Below, piece after piece: positions 50,993 through 64,000 of a stretch of DNA of 64,000 bases (the stretch's first letter is position 1; every line of letters begins with the position of its first letter). A program made the translations under genes and the position numbers. A model generated the notes under the pieces. It was not told where the DNA came from and made no database searches. It saw only the letters and a list, made by a program, of their open reading frames with translations. This stretch comes from Amoeboaphelidium protococcarum X5 (lineage: Eukaryota > Fungi > Aphelidiomycota). The stretch spans positions 124,001-188,000 of the forward strand of contig JALDTO010000212.1 in the NCBI GenBank assembly GCA_023515725.1, written 5' to 3'.

Positions 50993-53110
50993 TCATGCTT
51001 TGCCCAAATTCATGGACTCACTCACTCACTCAGTACTAGAGAAGGATGATGAATTGGTGGAAGAGAAAGACTTCTTCTACTTGGTCATTTTCTTATCAGT
51101 ATTGGCAACGCGTTCAGTCTCAACAACAACGGCACATATCACAGTGATATCGTCGATCTTACCACCCTCCGTGTCATGGAAGCCATTCATCTGGGCATCT
51201 TTTGCAAATGGACTCAATCGAGGAGACAGAGCACAGACTGCAGCCTGACGCGTTAATTACTCTGAGAGCTAATTCAACTTGTTCTGCAACTGCTCACTAC
51301 CAAGTCCAACATTAACTTGACTCTTTGCGTTCTAGTTCTCCTTGTCCGTGTTCTAATTAGCCACACTGCCACCCAACATGATATCCAGAGCTAAATCCTT
51401 CATCACAGACCCCACAATCTTTCCAATATCTTCAGGGAACAGGTTGTCGAACAAACCATCAGAGGCCATGATAATCAGGTCGCCATGCTTCAGAGGGCCA
51501 AATGAAGACTTGAACGCGTCGGACGGCTTGTCACACATAAAGTACCTCTTGTGCTACTCACTTATGGATGGAGGAAGTTTAGCTAGTTGGAACGGAGCAT
51601 TGAAGTAATGCTGTGCTTCTGTAGTCTCAAACACAATCTACGGCTCTGGTGTCTATGACAAGATCTTCTTTCTCTTTCTAAAGCTAGAGAATGCAGACGC
51701 CATACCTCTAGACGATAGTGATGAAGATTACGACGATGATGATGATGTTGCCAGTGAGGATGCGGAGCCGATTGAACTATCGCCATCAGAATGGTCACCT
51801 TAAGAGAGAAGCATAGAGCGAGCAAATGCTTTAGGATCCTTATTCTGAACTATTGCTGACGGCTGAGTATTGACAGAACCATGATTGTCTTCGCTAATGA
51901 CAGCATTAGGAATCTCTTCATTCATTTGACCAAATCTAAAGACGAAAAAACCAGAATCACCCAAGTTGGCACTGTGCAGCATCCCAGACTATCTGTCAAA
52001 CAAAGCGAGACAAGCAGTGCTACTTCCACCAACTACATTCGGACTCTAGAGAACATTCTAATAAGCTTCATGCATCAAATCCCAAGGCATAACAAGTTTG
52101 GAATCTACGCCAGTTTGAGACGCATTAACATTATTGTTATCGCCGACAATAGACTTGCATTAATCCATCAGCTCCCATGCAAAGATGGCTGGGTTAATTT
52201 CCAACTAGGTCCATCCACCAACACCATCGGCTACACCAAAACTGGTACAGTTCTAAGCGTCCACCAAGAAGTAAGCATCTTCGCCTGATATAGCTCTACC
52301 ATTATCCAAATGAGACCTGGCCATTGCAGTATCCCAAACACCAGCCTATACCAGGGTTTTAGGGAGACACGATATGGAGTTGTACATTGAATATTTAGAA
52401 CTTGATAGGCCATTTGTGGAATATTAACGCTTGGACATGTAAGATGATCTAAGGTAAGAGGATGCCTTAATAGTGGACGAAGACGATACAGTTGACAGTT
52501 CGTGAGTCTAATTCTCCACATCAAAGGATACCAGAAGACTGTCATCATAGTCATTCGATACGGATTATAATTCATACGACTCTTTGTCAACACATATACT
52601 TATAGCACCGCAATATGAATCGTGTTCTTGATGGGTGTATGCCACATCAAAATCAGCATAACTTTCGACATCCATCTTATCTGACGTAACAGTGATATTC
52701 TCATCCTTCATAGTCTATGGTGCAGATAGGGAATTAGCCAAAGAAGCAGTAGACTTATATCTCAAACTATTAGTACTCTATGCATCATCAGCAGTATTCA
52801 ATGATGAACTGATGTGTTATTACTAGACTCCTTTGAATGAATTTATAGCATTCTGCCTAAAAGCATTCAAACTATGGGCAACGTTCTTCATTGAAATAAG
52901 CGGTGTAAATGAGAAATTATTCGTCGACTCTTTTCTATCACTTTTCTACCCATGTATATCCCCTTCTTAACTTTATCTTCCAATACTAATACTACTACCA
53001 CCACCACTCTAAGGAGTTTATACAGTCATTCGTCCAAATTCACTCAAAATCCAAGAATTATAAATCAATTTCTATTCAGCAGGTAATTTCGAGATTCTAT
53101 TTATTATCAT
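50993..53110 (-). CDS. PTC7-like PP2C phosphatase with a long low-complexity N-terminus
   Basis: GEDAYF, GVADGVGGW, GSSTA, ANLGDSGF, QHYFNAPFQL, ASDGLFDNL, GGKIDDITV. Start is either 53110 or 53029. Confidence 0.88.
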
Positions 53111-53559
53111 AACAAACCAAAAGAGTAATAGCCGTGATGAGAAGATATTCAATGGTACTGTAGGTAGTATATGCTATTAGTCTTTCCACACGGCAGTGCT
53201 TGTCTATCAATCAATCAGAAGACGCAACGACGAAAACTGGCAATGTGACAATGCAGCAGGGAGATACTTTATTGAATAAAAAAAATTCCAATAAAAATTA
53301 GAACTCTATAATCACAATATCAGAGGTAGAGAGAGAGAGAGCAGGAGTGTGAGAATCTGTGATATGATGAGTAAATGTAACGTTGATAGTATAATATTGC
53401 AATGATATAATAAACGGTGAATGAGAGCGAGAGGGAAAGTGTTTCACAAAAACGCGAAAACGCGTCAAAGTCGATCGCGACGATTAAGGTTAGTCTTCAG
53501 CTTTACTTGGCTCTAGTCTCTTTCAATGATGTTTCACTCCTAACAAACTCCTAATTGTT

Positions 53560-53998
53560 TTCGCATTGTTGACTCCTTTAAATGGATTTACACGCAGATG
53601 CATAAATTCTTGATCATATCTTATATATCGAGAAGGAAATTTGTGTTGCTGCTAATCTGTCTGATGCCCGCCAGATGACTCCTCACGCTCTGTGGTCACA
53701 TTGTTTCAAATTGAGCAAGGTCTCCACTACTACTATAAATCAGAGAAGGCGTTTTGGCTACTCTATAACATCCGACGGCGTTGGATGTTGTCCTGCTTCC
53801 TTTTTACGGCCTGCGTATCCTGCCCTTCCTGCTAGCCACTACGGGTTCGCTTTAAATGGTACCGGATATCAAGAACTAGATGTAATTCATGAAACACGCG
53901 TAGTAGGAATTGACGTCAATCGTGGCGTGCTTTTGGCTGCTTCCTGTGGTCCTGATACCGAATCACAGATGTTTCAACCGATCAGACCCGTTTGCTGA
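53560..53998 (+). pseudogene. Possible Fanzor/TnpB-like relic (fragment up to RuvC-I)
   Basis: LWSHCFKLSK...RFGYSITSDGVG...RVVGIDVN resembles the Fanzor1 F-x-x-x-I-x-TDG(V) motif followed by RuvC-I (V-x-G-x-D); the frame stops soon after. Confidence 0.5.
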
Positions 53999-54215
53999 TG
54001 GAAATTAGGAGCTGGTGAAGTGGACAGTTAAATCACGTCAAACAGCTTCTTATACTACAGTAATACAATTTTCGTCTTTCTTTTGTTATTAATAATCGAG
54101 CGAGATCATTTCTAACGACATCTAAAGGTGCGTACTAACTGACTAGATTAGCAATTTTTTTGAACCTAATATTTAATCAAATTTATAGCAAAACTTTCAT
54201 TTTTTTACTAGCTAA

Positions 54216-54965
54216 ATGTAAAGCGACGCAGTAAATTTGTTGTAACCGTACTCTAGCTGCGATGTAAGTTTTTGAGTTCAGCTTCTTGTGACATTAATGC
54301 TAGCATGTCGTAAAGAGCTAATAATGTAGATTGCCGATGCTCTGTCGAAATTAGGCGATAGTAATGGTGGTTATCTGCCGGGTGTAAAATCGATTATTGG
54401 ACAGGATAGGAACATAAAATGTATTGGTCGCGCTTTCACGGTCAAAATGGAGCCAGTTGATTCTGCTGTATAGTGCCAGTTTGAAGGTCATTATTTGGAT
54501 TATGTAAAGGAGGGAGACATTATTATCGCATCATCACCTCAAGGCTATCCAAATGCAGTGTTTGGTGGCTTGATGTCCCTGCGTGCAAAGTACATGAAAG
54601 CAGCCGGAGTAGTCATTGATGGTCATCATAGAGACACTAATGAACTCCTTGACAATGGATTCCCTACTTATTCTCGTGGTAGCAGTTGTTTAGGAGCGTC
54701 AAAATTCACTAAAGTTACAGCGATTCAACTTCCAGTGTCAGTATCATTTAATTATGCTGGGATTCCGTCGTTTCAACAGTCTGTTATGATCAATCCTGGC
54801 GATGTAATAGTTGCTGATATCGATGGAGTTGTCTGCTGTCCTCAGCCTAAAGTCAGCTAGGTAGCAGAGTTGTGCGCTCGTCTCACAAAGCAAGATAATC
54901 TATGTGCCCGAGATATTCAGTAAGGGATGTCCATAAAAGATGCGTTTAAAAAGAACAGAGAATGA
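54216..54965 (+). CDS. RraA-like / HMG aldolase family protein
   Basis: One intron; IADAL, NAVFGGLMS, GVVIDG..RD, INPGDVIVADIDGVV. Confidence 0.88.
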
Positions 54966-55008
54966 ATAGTAAAGATGAACATTCAATTAATTCAGAGTTT
55001 TAAGTAGA

Positions 55009-55655
55009 TCACCATCTGTAGCGATGATTGCAATAGCCACCAGGATTCAAGTCTAGGTACTGCTGATGATAGTCTTCAGCGCGATAAAAGTTCTGAGCGG
55101 GTAGAATTTGAGTCACAATCTTTTTGAAAGGTGAACCATAATGCTCTTACTACACCTTTTCCAGAACTTGTTCAGCAATCTCCTTTTGTTCATCATCGTA
55201 ATAAAAGATGGCGCTTCTGTACTAAGATCCAGTGTCATTTCCTTACTTGTTCAGCGTGGTGGGATCATGAAAGCGAAAAAAGTGCTCAATCAGATCGGCA
55301 TACTTGACTTTCTGGGGATCATACTCGAATCGATACGCTTCAGCATGTCCAGTATTTCCACTACATACCTGCTTGTACGACGGATTAGGATACAGCTTCT
55401 CGTCCCCGCCAGAGTATCCAACATGGCCGTCAATGATCTTGTCACCAAACTCCTTTTTCATGTAACGCTCCGTGCCCCAGAAGCACTACACTTACAGTAT
55501 GTTACGTAATGATGTTGTATGAGTATGCATTAGACAATAAATATAGGCAGTCATACCCCTGCGGCAATATTACAAAACTTATTACTAGTAACTTTCGGTG
55601 TATTCGATAGTAGCGAAGACATTTCTGACGAATTTCTGGCTCCCATTGACGTCAT
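55009..55655 (-). CDS. MSRA: Peptide methionine sulfoxide reductase A
   Basis: Spliced [60 protein letters not shown]. Confidence 0.95.
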
Positions 55656-55952
55656 AAAATTGATAGAAGAAGATTATGGCCAAATACTTTTAAAGTTTTG
55701 ATCAAACGCGTAATATGTAATTTTAAAAAATTCAACATATTGTTGAGAATGACGTCGATGGAGAGCATTTGAAGCATATTGGAAGTGACCGCCAGGGATT
55801 GGCTGGTCTGAGATCATTATTGTGTCACTCACAATTCGATTTGCTCTGAAGCTTTAGAACAGAGCGTTTTACCGCGTTCATATCACAATTGAGTTGCGAA
55901 AGGTTTATTAATTGATTGAAACAACTCTTTTATTGGCGATTCGGATTATAAA

Positions 55953-57764
55953 ATGGATCGTATTGACGAAGAGAATAGTCCACTGTTACATCATGATGCG
56001 CACAGCGATAATGTCAATGCTGATTAGATCATCACTCCGATTGATAGGCACAAATTTTTTGCCATTCTATGTGTAGTCATTAGTGAACCACTGTGCATGA
56101 CAATCTTCTTCCCGTACATAGTGTACTTGATACGGGATTTCAACATAGCATCTAACGAGAATGACATTGGTCTGTATGCTGGATTTCTTGCCGCAAGCTT
56201 CTCTTTAGCTTAATTTATTACATCTCTACTGTGGGGATATCTTAGCGATAAATTTGGTCGTAAAATAATCATAACTGTTGGTCTTCTGGGAAATATTGGC
56301 CTGCTCATTTGGTTTGGTTTCGCGCGTGATTACTGGACAGCTTTGATTATTCGAGCATTCACCGGAGCATTGAATGGCAATGTGTGCGTTATGAAAAGTG
56401 TAATTGCTGAAATCACTGATGATACGAATGCTAGCATGGCTTTTGGGTATTTTAATCTTGTTTGGTCATTTGGCTCTATTATAGGCTCAATTATTGGAGG
56501 CATCTGTCATCATCCGGCGGATCTATATCCTTCCGTGTTTGGTTCAGAATTTTGGCGATAGAACCCGTATCTACTACCTCCCTTGGTTGCAGCGACATTG
56601 ACCACAGTGGGATTAATTGTACTTTTGGTAGTATTTAAAGATGGACCTCCTCCTCAGATTACTGCAGTAGATGATACTCCATAAACATCTTATCACGTCC
56701 ATTAGATTGTGTAATAGTCTCCCGCGCTATCTTCTTAACTGAGAAATAGACGTCGATATCTAAGCGAATATCTGGCCGGGAAGTCTCCATTGGTTAGTAA
56801 TTACAGTTTTCAGTCTGTGCCAATGTCTCGATCAAGTATAAATTAATTGGCTGATAATTTGTCGTTTAGAGATGCAGTTCTTACGCGATCTAGCGGTGTC
56901 GACTATAAATCTGTAAGTTAGATATTCCGGAGAGGTGATCGTCAATAAACTGCCTATTATTAGTAGGAAGATTTCAAGTCTACTTATATCTGCGTGGCTG
57001 CGTATGTGTGTCTAGCTCTGGCTAATGTTATGATGGATGAAGTCTACGTATGGTGGACGGTGTTGGAGCCATCGAAGGGCGGCCTTGGATTTAATCCTAC
57101 TCACATTGCAATTACATTAGCAGTGTTTGCTCTCGCTGAAGTTTTGTATCAGGCATTCCTTTATACTCGTCTGGAAGTTCGTGCTGGTATTGTGAATTAT
57201 TTTAAATATTCCATGTTTGTGTGCGGTCCATGTGTTGTTTTACTTCCATTAATCAATCTCTTGCTCAAAGATGCACCTGTACTTAAGTATCCTGATGGCG
57301 AGTTTAATCATCTTAATATCAATTCGTAATTAAAAGTTTGGGCGTCTCTACTCGCGCTTGGAATATTGAGAATATCTGCATAATAAGGTAATTATACCAG
57401 CATTAATATTCTAGTCAATAATTCTGCTTCAGTGTCTAACGCTGGATTTGTGAATGGTTTATCGTAAAGTTGTGCGGCTCTAAGTCGATCAATTGGTCCG
57501 GCTTTGGCTGGAGTCGTTTGGTCATGGAGCTTGGGAAATGGACAAGGATATCCGCTCAACTATCATTTTGTGTTCATTCTCATATGCTTGTTCTATATCC
57601 TCGGTGGGTGCGTTGCATTCTTCATGCCGCAATCTCTTAATCGGCGAACTTAGTAGCATTTGGCGGGTGATGATGATGATGACTTGGATAGTGATCGACT
57701 TAGTAACTACTCTGGAAATGATGCGAGCAACATGGAAACTCAAGGCTTATACATCCGAAATTGA
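55953..57764 (+). CDS. Major facilitator superfamily transporter (ZIFL-like)
   Basis: WGYLSDKFGRK (MFS motif A), GALNGN, GGLGF, multiple hydrophobic helices; single frame ending in TGA. Confidence 0.9.
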
Positions 57765-57860
57765 TTAAATTTATTATATAGATTTCATTATCAATTCAGG
57801 AGTTACGTTTAAATGTTCATGAACGATGCTACCTGTCTTAGACTTCATTCACCTAAGTGG

Positions 57861-59774
57861 TCATGATGAAGTTGAGAACCAATTAATAGATGACAAATTC
57901 TGAGGTACAATGAGGTTGAGCACTCGAGGCAGACATTCCACCAGAATACCATCGTATTTGATCTTTTCTCCATCAACATCAATGATTCCATTTAGACCGC
58001 GTATTGATTATAACTCTTCCTAGATAGTTAACGGCGCAGACAATTAAGACAATTGACGCTTACCAGGCAAAGGTGAACCACTCGATCCAGGAATAAGGAT
58101 AAATGAAGAACATTTGGCATGGTGAACGAATGGATAATTAACATACTTGCCACTCTCCGTGTCTAATAGTACCTTCAGCAAATTGCCACGCCCAGCATCT
58201 TTGTGCATCCAATACAAATCGAGTTGACCGTCATCAAGTTAGCTCTGAGGCGCAACAAGGAAATCGGTTGCACACCAAGGCATGTTCATAGCCATAAAAT
58301 ATGTAAACTCCCTCTCTGTAATGGCGACAGTCTATTTTGAATCAAGGACAGCAGCCTGAATTTACGCAATCAAATCATGGCCACTATCCAGTTACATGCC
58401 ATCTTTGAATAGGTATAAAGATCCAGAGTACTTTCGCAACTTCAAAATACGCATAACTGCCCATAAAGTAAATCTCAGACCCCCAGCCCAACGTATTTTA
58501 TCAGACTCAATGTCAATATCAGCCACCAAAGTCCACATGATCTCCAGAAAACCATAATGTCTCTTCTATTATTAGGAAGTACCAACACTAAGATATTCAA
58601 ATGAAAACAAATCAGTCTTAATGCAATGACGCTTGATAACATTCAACACTGCATGCGGCACATTGGGACAATTGATATTCTTGCCCAGAGCATTCCCCGA
58701 ACCACAAGGTATGAAGCCTAAAGGAACTTGCAAGCATTTTTAAGCAGTCAAATTATCAAAATCTTTGACACCATGATCAGAACATCTATCCATTAGCCCA
58801 TTGACAAACTCGTGAAATATCCCATCACCGCCACATAGAATGATAGCATTTGTTGTATCTGGATCAAATGCGCGAGCAATGTCCGCAGCATGTCCAGCTC
58901 GCTCGGTAACAATAAGATTAATTTAGATTTAAGCCAACTGGAGCATCGGTCTGATCTACTGCTTGTACATTTACATCGCCTTCTTAGTACCTGAGAATGG
59001 ATTAACTATTACCGTGTACTTTGCAGCAGGTGTGCCAGAAGCTGAGCCATTTCCATTTAAATACATTTGCCTCATATCTTGAACCATTTTAACACAATCT
59101 AAAGAGTCTTGTATCATACGCAGTCTCAAACAGAATAGACGTCCTTTTCCATTAACGATTTAAGATGCACCAACACCATCAGCTTTTGTTTAAAGATGGA
59201 GTATAACCAGATCATACTATTCTTTACCACCAGCTCTAGTAGATCCAACTTAAACGCGCTGTGAAGTAGCGTTATTCATCACAAATTGTTAAAGGTCACT
59301 CTTCGTCAACTCATATCCATAAATACTCGCATTCAGAGGTACAACATCCAGCTCAATAACACCTATCATTGCACTCTCAGAATCCACCATCTTCTCCCCT
59401 TACTCTAATTGAGAGGGTGATGGCACGCTAGCTGGAGAAGGCACATTAGTCGAACCTGTTGCATGCTGAGACTAGTTCTATTATTTTTGCAACATTGAGT
59501 GTTATTGTGATACACCGCTATTAATCTACTTGTTAGCAGAGGCATCAGCACTATTTCTCCTTGAAGCTGATCGAGACGCGCCGACCAGCGAACGCCTAGC
59601 ACCACCCAAGAAGCCCTGCATTGAACTTCTCCTCCACTACGTTACAGATGATTTACACAAATAAACACCAAATATAGATTGCGCAGGTATTTAAATCTCA
59701 TTATTACCACTTTTAGTACACAGCTTCAGCGAGATTCCAACTGATTAAGAATATTCCATCGACGCGTCATGCAT
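57861..59774 (-). CDS. Sphingosine/long-chain-base kinase (LCB4/5-like)
   Basis: INPFSG, TERAGHA, GGDGIFHEFVNGL, PCGSGNAL, ADIDIESD, GGLRFT, DVDGE. Confidence 0.9.
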
Positions 59775-60064
59775 AGCTCCACTTTTCGTTCCAACGTACA
59801 CTTACATTGTCTAATTGGAGATTTAATGCTACTTATTACGTTCTTTTAGATATAAATTATTGAAAGATACTCAATTCGAAAGGTCTGTGGCGACAAAATT
59901 GATATGAAAAAATAGAATTAGTCAGATTATAGCCTTTTGCGCAAGAAGGTATAATAGAAAGTTAGCTTGCGCCACATCGAATCATCTAAAATTTATTACA
60001 ATCAAGTCCCACAATATCAAACATGCTTTCACGTATATAGATCCCGCAAGCCCAGCAATACATA

Positions 60065-60850
60065 TCACCGTTAAGTATGGAATATGGACCGATATAAGGG
60101 ACTGGAGTACAGTCGACGAAAGATAAAGTAGCCATACAGAGCAGAGGGCCGTAGATCACCGCTGAGCCAAGATCGACGCGCAATCAAGAAACCGGACGCG
60201 AGTTCCAAAACGCAGCCAGCAAGCACAATTTTATTACCATACAAAAGTCGTTTAAATCTGTTAATAATACTATTTAAACTCCAAAAACCATTAGCTTCCG
60301 TTGCAGTCAGTAATGCAGAGTAACCATTGAACGTGAATCCGGAAGATACACTGCCACAAATAAGTTGAAGAACGTGAGTGATCCTCCGTCCAAGCAATGA
60401 TCTAATATATGGATGAGAGACAATCGAATGAGAATACGATGCAACGTGTGATGTTGAGTATAATGCAAACACTATTAGTAACAAGTCATATTCATTCCAC
60501 TCAGCCAGCCTTGATGTCATTAAGCTATGATTCTTTGATAAATAAAGAGCAAGTACGATATATATAAAACTTTCATCGTTCCATACAGCTTACATCCAAG
60601 GCCAGAGACGAGATAGAGAATGTTGTGGGATTTTGTACTTTTGCCATAGAGATATCAAATTTGCAACTGACCAAGACAGCATAGCAAAAGCATATAATTA
60701 TTGAGATGATGCACCAGTCTAGCTACCGTCTCTGAACACTACAACTTACAGCACATACTTGATAGAGCATGATAATCCCACAGAGTGACACAGCGCCCAC
60801 AGTCCATGCAGATTTATTCTACTTTCCACAAAATTAACAAGATTATTCAT
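60065..60850 (-). CDS. POM33/TMEM33-like ER/nuclear-pore membrane protein
   Basis: Multi-pass hydrophobic frame with NDESFIYIVLAL, FALYSTSHVASY and RRLYSSPLYR segments. Family call by eye. Confidence 0.6.
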
Positions 60851-61469
60851 TCAATTTTTACAGCTGACGATTCGGATGTATTTTATGTTAAAATATTAAA
60901 AATTTATCGGAATTTTTTAGGAGGTTTGAGAGTAAAATGACAACACAATAGGAACGTTGATAAAATTGGTTCAAGAGTGTGAAGTTCCAACAGCAAAGGT
61001 AGAAGAAGACACGCGTTCTTCAGACTTGAGAATGGCGGTTCGAGTGGGGAGATTAAGTCTACATACTTTATAGCGAAAATCATTCAAGCAGATAAACCAT
61101 GGTAATTAATAAATATCACCTGCGACGTGCCGTAAGAAGTAGCGAAAGAAATGCTCTTAAATCCGTACAGTCGTAATTTCGACACAGAAGTTCACCCGTG
61201 TTGCATGTGCTTAAAACGTACGCATCGCTTGTAACATATAAGTATTAAAAACCTAATCTCATAAAAAGACCAATGAAAATATACACGTCCATATGCAGAG
61301 TTGTGATGGATAAAGATCGCAAAAAGGTACGGTTTCAGTTCAATTCAGTCTGTGTCAAATCAACATCAACAAATGCAGATGAACAAAAGTCAAATTCTGC
61401 CAAGAACGGAGAGCATTAGCTGTATTGTCTTCATGCAACATTCAAGAGTGGTTTAATACATGTAAAATC

Positions 61470-61782
61470 TCATGCGGATGCACCGCCACGAAGAGCCAAT
61501 ACCAAGTGAAGAACGGAGCCACCTTCAACGCCATAATCTTTCGCAGTCTTGTCATCACTCATCTGCTTGCCACCAAATATAAGTCTCTACTACTGTGGTG
61601 GTATGGCCTCCTTCTCTTCGATTCTCTCTTTAATCCTCACGATTTTATCAGCAGGCTCAACATCAATTTCAATCTATACACGTAAAAATAGGGAGATAAT
61701 GACAAGTTAATACGCTATAAAAATACGGCATATGCACAGAACTTACTTCTTTGCCAGTCAACGTCTTAATTTTTATCAACAT
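61470..61782 (-). CDS. NEDD8: NEDD8/Rub1 ubiquitin-like protein
   Basis: [12 protein letters not shown], intron, IEIDVEP...[15 protein letters not shown]...[17 protein letters not shown]. Confidence 0.97.
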
Positions 61783-62467
61783 CTATGCGCTAGATATGGG
61801 ATTGAAGGAGCAATAATAAAGGTGGTGAATCAAGAAGATTATTTTTATAAAATCAAGCTGTGGTTAAAAGAGAGAATACAGAAGGCAAACTTAGTCTTGA
61901 GTTACTGCAATGGCAGAAACAAGGGGAGGCACTCAATTCTAATAGAAAAAAGAAGTAACTTGAAAACGATATTATTCACACCACAATACTACTAGGACAT
62001 ACAATATTAAGCATATTGAATCACCCAGAGCAACCAGCGAATGCGCAGCTTGAGTATTGATGTTGTCTGCGCGCAATTCTAACAGCTAGACAATTGCTCG
62101 CGCGGCCTTGTTTATGATTAACCGAGCAATTCTATCAATTAGAATGGAACAGCACATCGAGTAGATGATACCTTGAGCACAGTTGGAAACTACTTAGATA
62201 TACACTTTTGACCATACTGAATTTCCCAAAGCAGTCGGCAAATACTTAGCATGAGTTTTGCCGTTGTGAGTGAGCAGTTTGACACTAAGACGCTCGCAGT
62301 GGCGCAATGAGTGGCTGCGCGTAGTCAAAACTGGACTTCTCGCCGCTCTCAAAGGGTCATCATTCAGTCTTTGACCATTCTCAATAGTACCATTCTAAAG
62401 AGCATTCAAAACTACACCTATCCACTAAATATTAGTGTTTCAACATCACTCCTCATAACGCCAGACA

Positions 62468-62521
62468 CTTTAGCCATAAAATCTGGCTAATCTCTTGACT
62501 TTAGCTATAAAATCTGGCTAA
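62468..62521. repeat. Tandem direct repeat (period 31) of a palindromic unit TTAGC[C/T]A-TAAAATC-TGGCTAA
   Basis: Copies at 62468-62490 and 62499-62521 differ by one base. Confidence 0.8.
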
Positions 62522-64000
62522 AGTATCTCACCATTCGAGGCTGGCGAATTCGCACTTGAAGTAAGACTATATAGATTCGAAATAGTCTACTGCATAGATC
62601 CATAAAGATCTGAAGTGGTGAGAGTGTTTATTGGCGGCACGTTAGTTGATTGATTGTGCAAAAGTAGCGACACATGGTGTTATCTGGAGTTCAACTGGCG
62701 GTAACAATGTCGCCACTCAAGTAATGACCAATTTCATTGGTACCAGCTTGTAGCGCATCCAATGATATACTAGTTCACCATATATTATCGAGTAATAATG
62801 GTGAGCATATGCGGATTTGTGAAGTCTGCCAATTGACAGAGTTGTGGTTAAACCGCGATCTGCATATTCCAGGCTGAGATCGGAGAGTAGACAGGTGCTT
62901 CACTATCAGAATACACTAAGTTTTGAGTAATGGCAGCTTTATGGTGTTCTAATATTACTTACTACCCATGCTGCCAAATAGTCACTGGTTAGGTGCCGCC
63001 TCACCTGGAGTTTACCGAGCGATCCTAAAGAGTAGAATGTAACAGCGCACTCAGTAGGCAACTTGAGCATACTTATTAATCAGGAGCAGTCAGAAAACGC
63101 GCAATAAGTTTGTGTGTAAGCAGTCTAATATTTTAAACACTCGCTAGCGATATGAGGAATGGCTGGACGGACTGCACCACTGATTGGTTAATGTTAGGAC
63201 ATTCAACTACAGATCTTTAAAGGCGGTTTAATATTTTTGTTTCGTCTTAAGCATGATATTCGTAATCTACAATTAATTTAACCCAAAACTATTACGCGTT
63301 TACTTTTTTGGTGTAAAAGTAATGATTGTTTCAATGATTTCTGTATCGAATGGCTATTTCACATACTTACTGCGCTACTGTATTAGCTGTTAGAATCACA
63401 AAAGTAATTATCGTATACCTTTACTACTTCCTAACTCTTCTGTTTGGTGCATCATAGATTTAAAAAATTATTTTTTTTGTAAGTATGGTTTCATAAAATG
63501 TTTAGGAATTTATAGGGACTTTGATGTCGAGACGCGCATTGACTCGTAAATTCGGCTTTGCTTTGAATAATTCTATATCTTTATTGCACTTCTTTTGATA
63601 TAGTATTACCTATCGAATATCTTTCATTAAATCATCTAAGCTTACAAGGTAGCAATTGAGCAGCGTCAATTTTTGAATAACACCTGGAACTGAACGCGAT
63701 TGCAGACTTTGAAGCTGACGTCTTTTCAGTCGTTCAGCCTCGTTCCTTTGCTTTATTTAAACGTGCGTTACTTTCTGCTAATTCTGTGAGACAAGAAGTA
63801 CTTATAGTGTTAATAAATAATATTTAACTATTCGCTAACGTCATTATCCAATAGAAGGTGTTAAAACTAGCAAAAGTATAGTAAATAATGTTTCCAGAGT
63901 GTCCGCTACCTTTTGATTAGACCAACTATATGAATAATAGTGGTAGTACCAACTTGAAGGCTGCTCACTACAGCGATCCAATGACTCGCACGCAACAGCC

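Noticed and set aside
1-64000. CRISPR arrays, tRNA or rRNA genes
   Set aside because: None recognised by eye; no regular repeat-spacer structure.

Overview
Gene-dense eukaryotic DNA from a fungus-like lineage that uses a non-standard nuclear code. TAA and TAG encode Gln and TGA is the only stop, which is why the supplied standard-code ORF track is fragmented. Together with a chitin synthase and short GT-AG introns, this points to an aphelid such as Amoeboaphelidium (inference). Re-read in this code, the window holds about 30 genes. Most are housekeeping: P4-ATPase, DLST/KGD2, acyl-CoA thioesterase, RPA1, BolA, UGGT, Argonaute, CK1, chitin synthase, RPB11, TUG/UBX4, YTH1, a METTL21-like methyltransferase, CDC25, RSC1/2-like, DUG1, NAXD, PTC7, an RraA-like aldolase, MsrA, an MFS transporter, sphingosine kinase, POM33-like and NEDD8. 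Highlights: (1) a complete 4.5-kb IS3EU-like DNA transposon at 27284-31769 with TIRs and a 6-bp TSD (GTCAAG), carrying an intact DDE transposase and a convergent intact alpha-kinase; (2) two paralogous small secreted proteins sharing a C-x-R-W...DGxEP[FY]A...RKC domain, flanking a RAI1/DXO-like nuclease; (3) a box C/D-closed long-hairpin RNA in the one unusually long intron of RPA1; (4) a chitin synthase truncated and joined out of frame to an unrelated gene tail; (5) decayed Crinkler-type NTPase-REase, LRR and Fanzor-like relics. All translations were done by eye and no searches were run.
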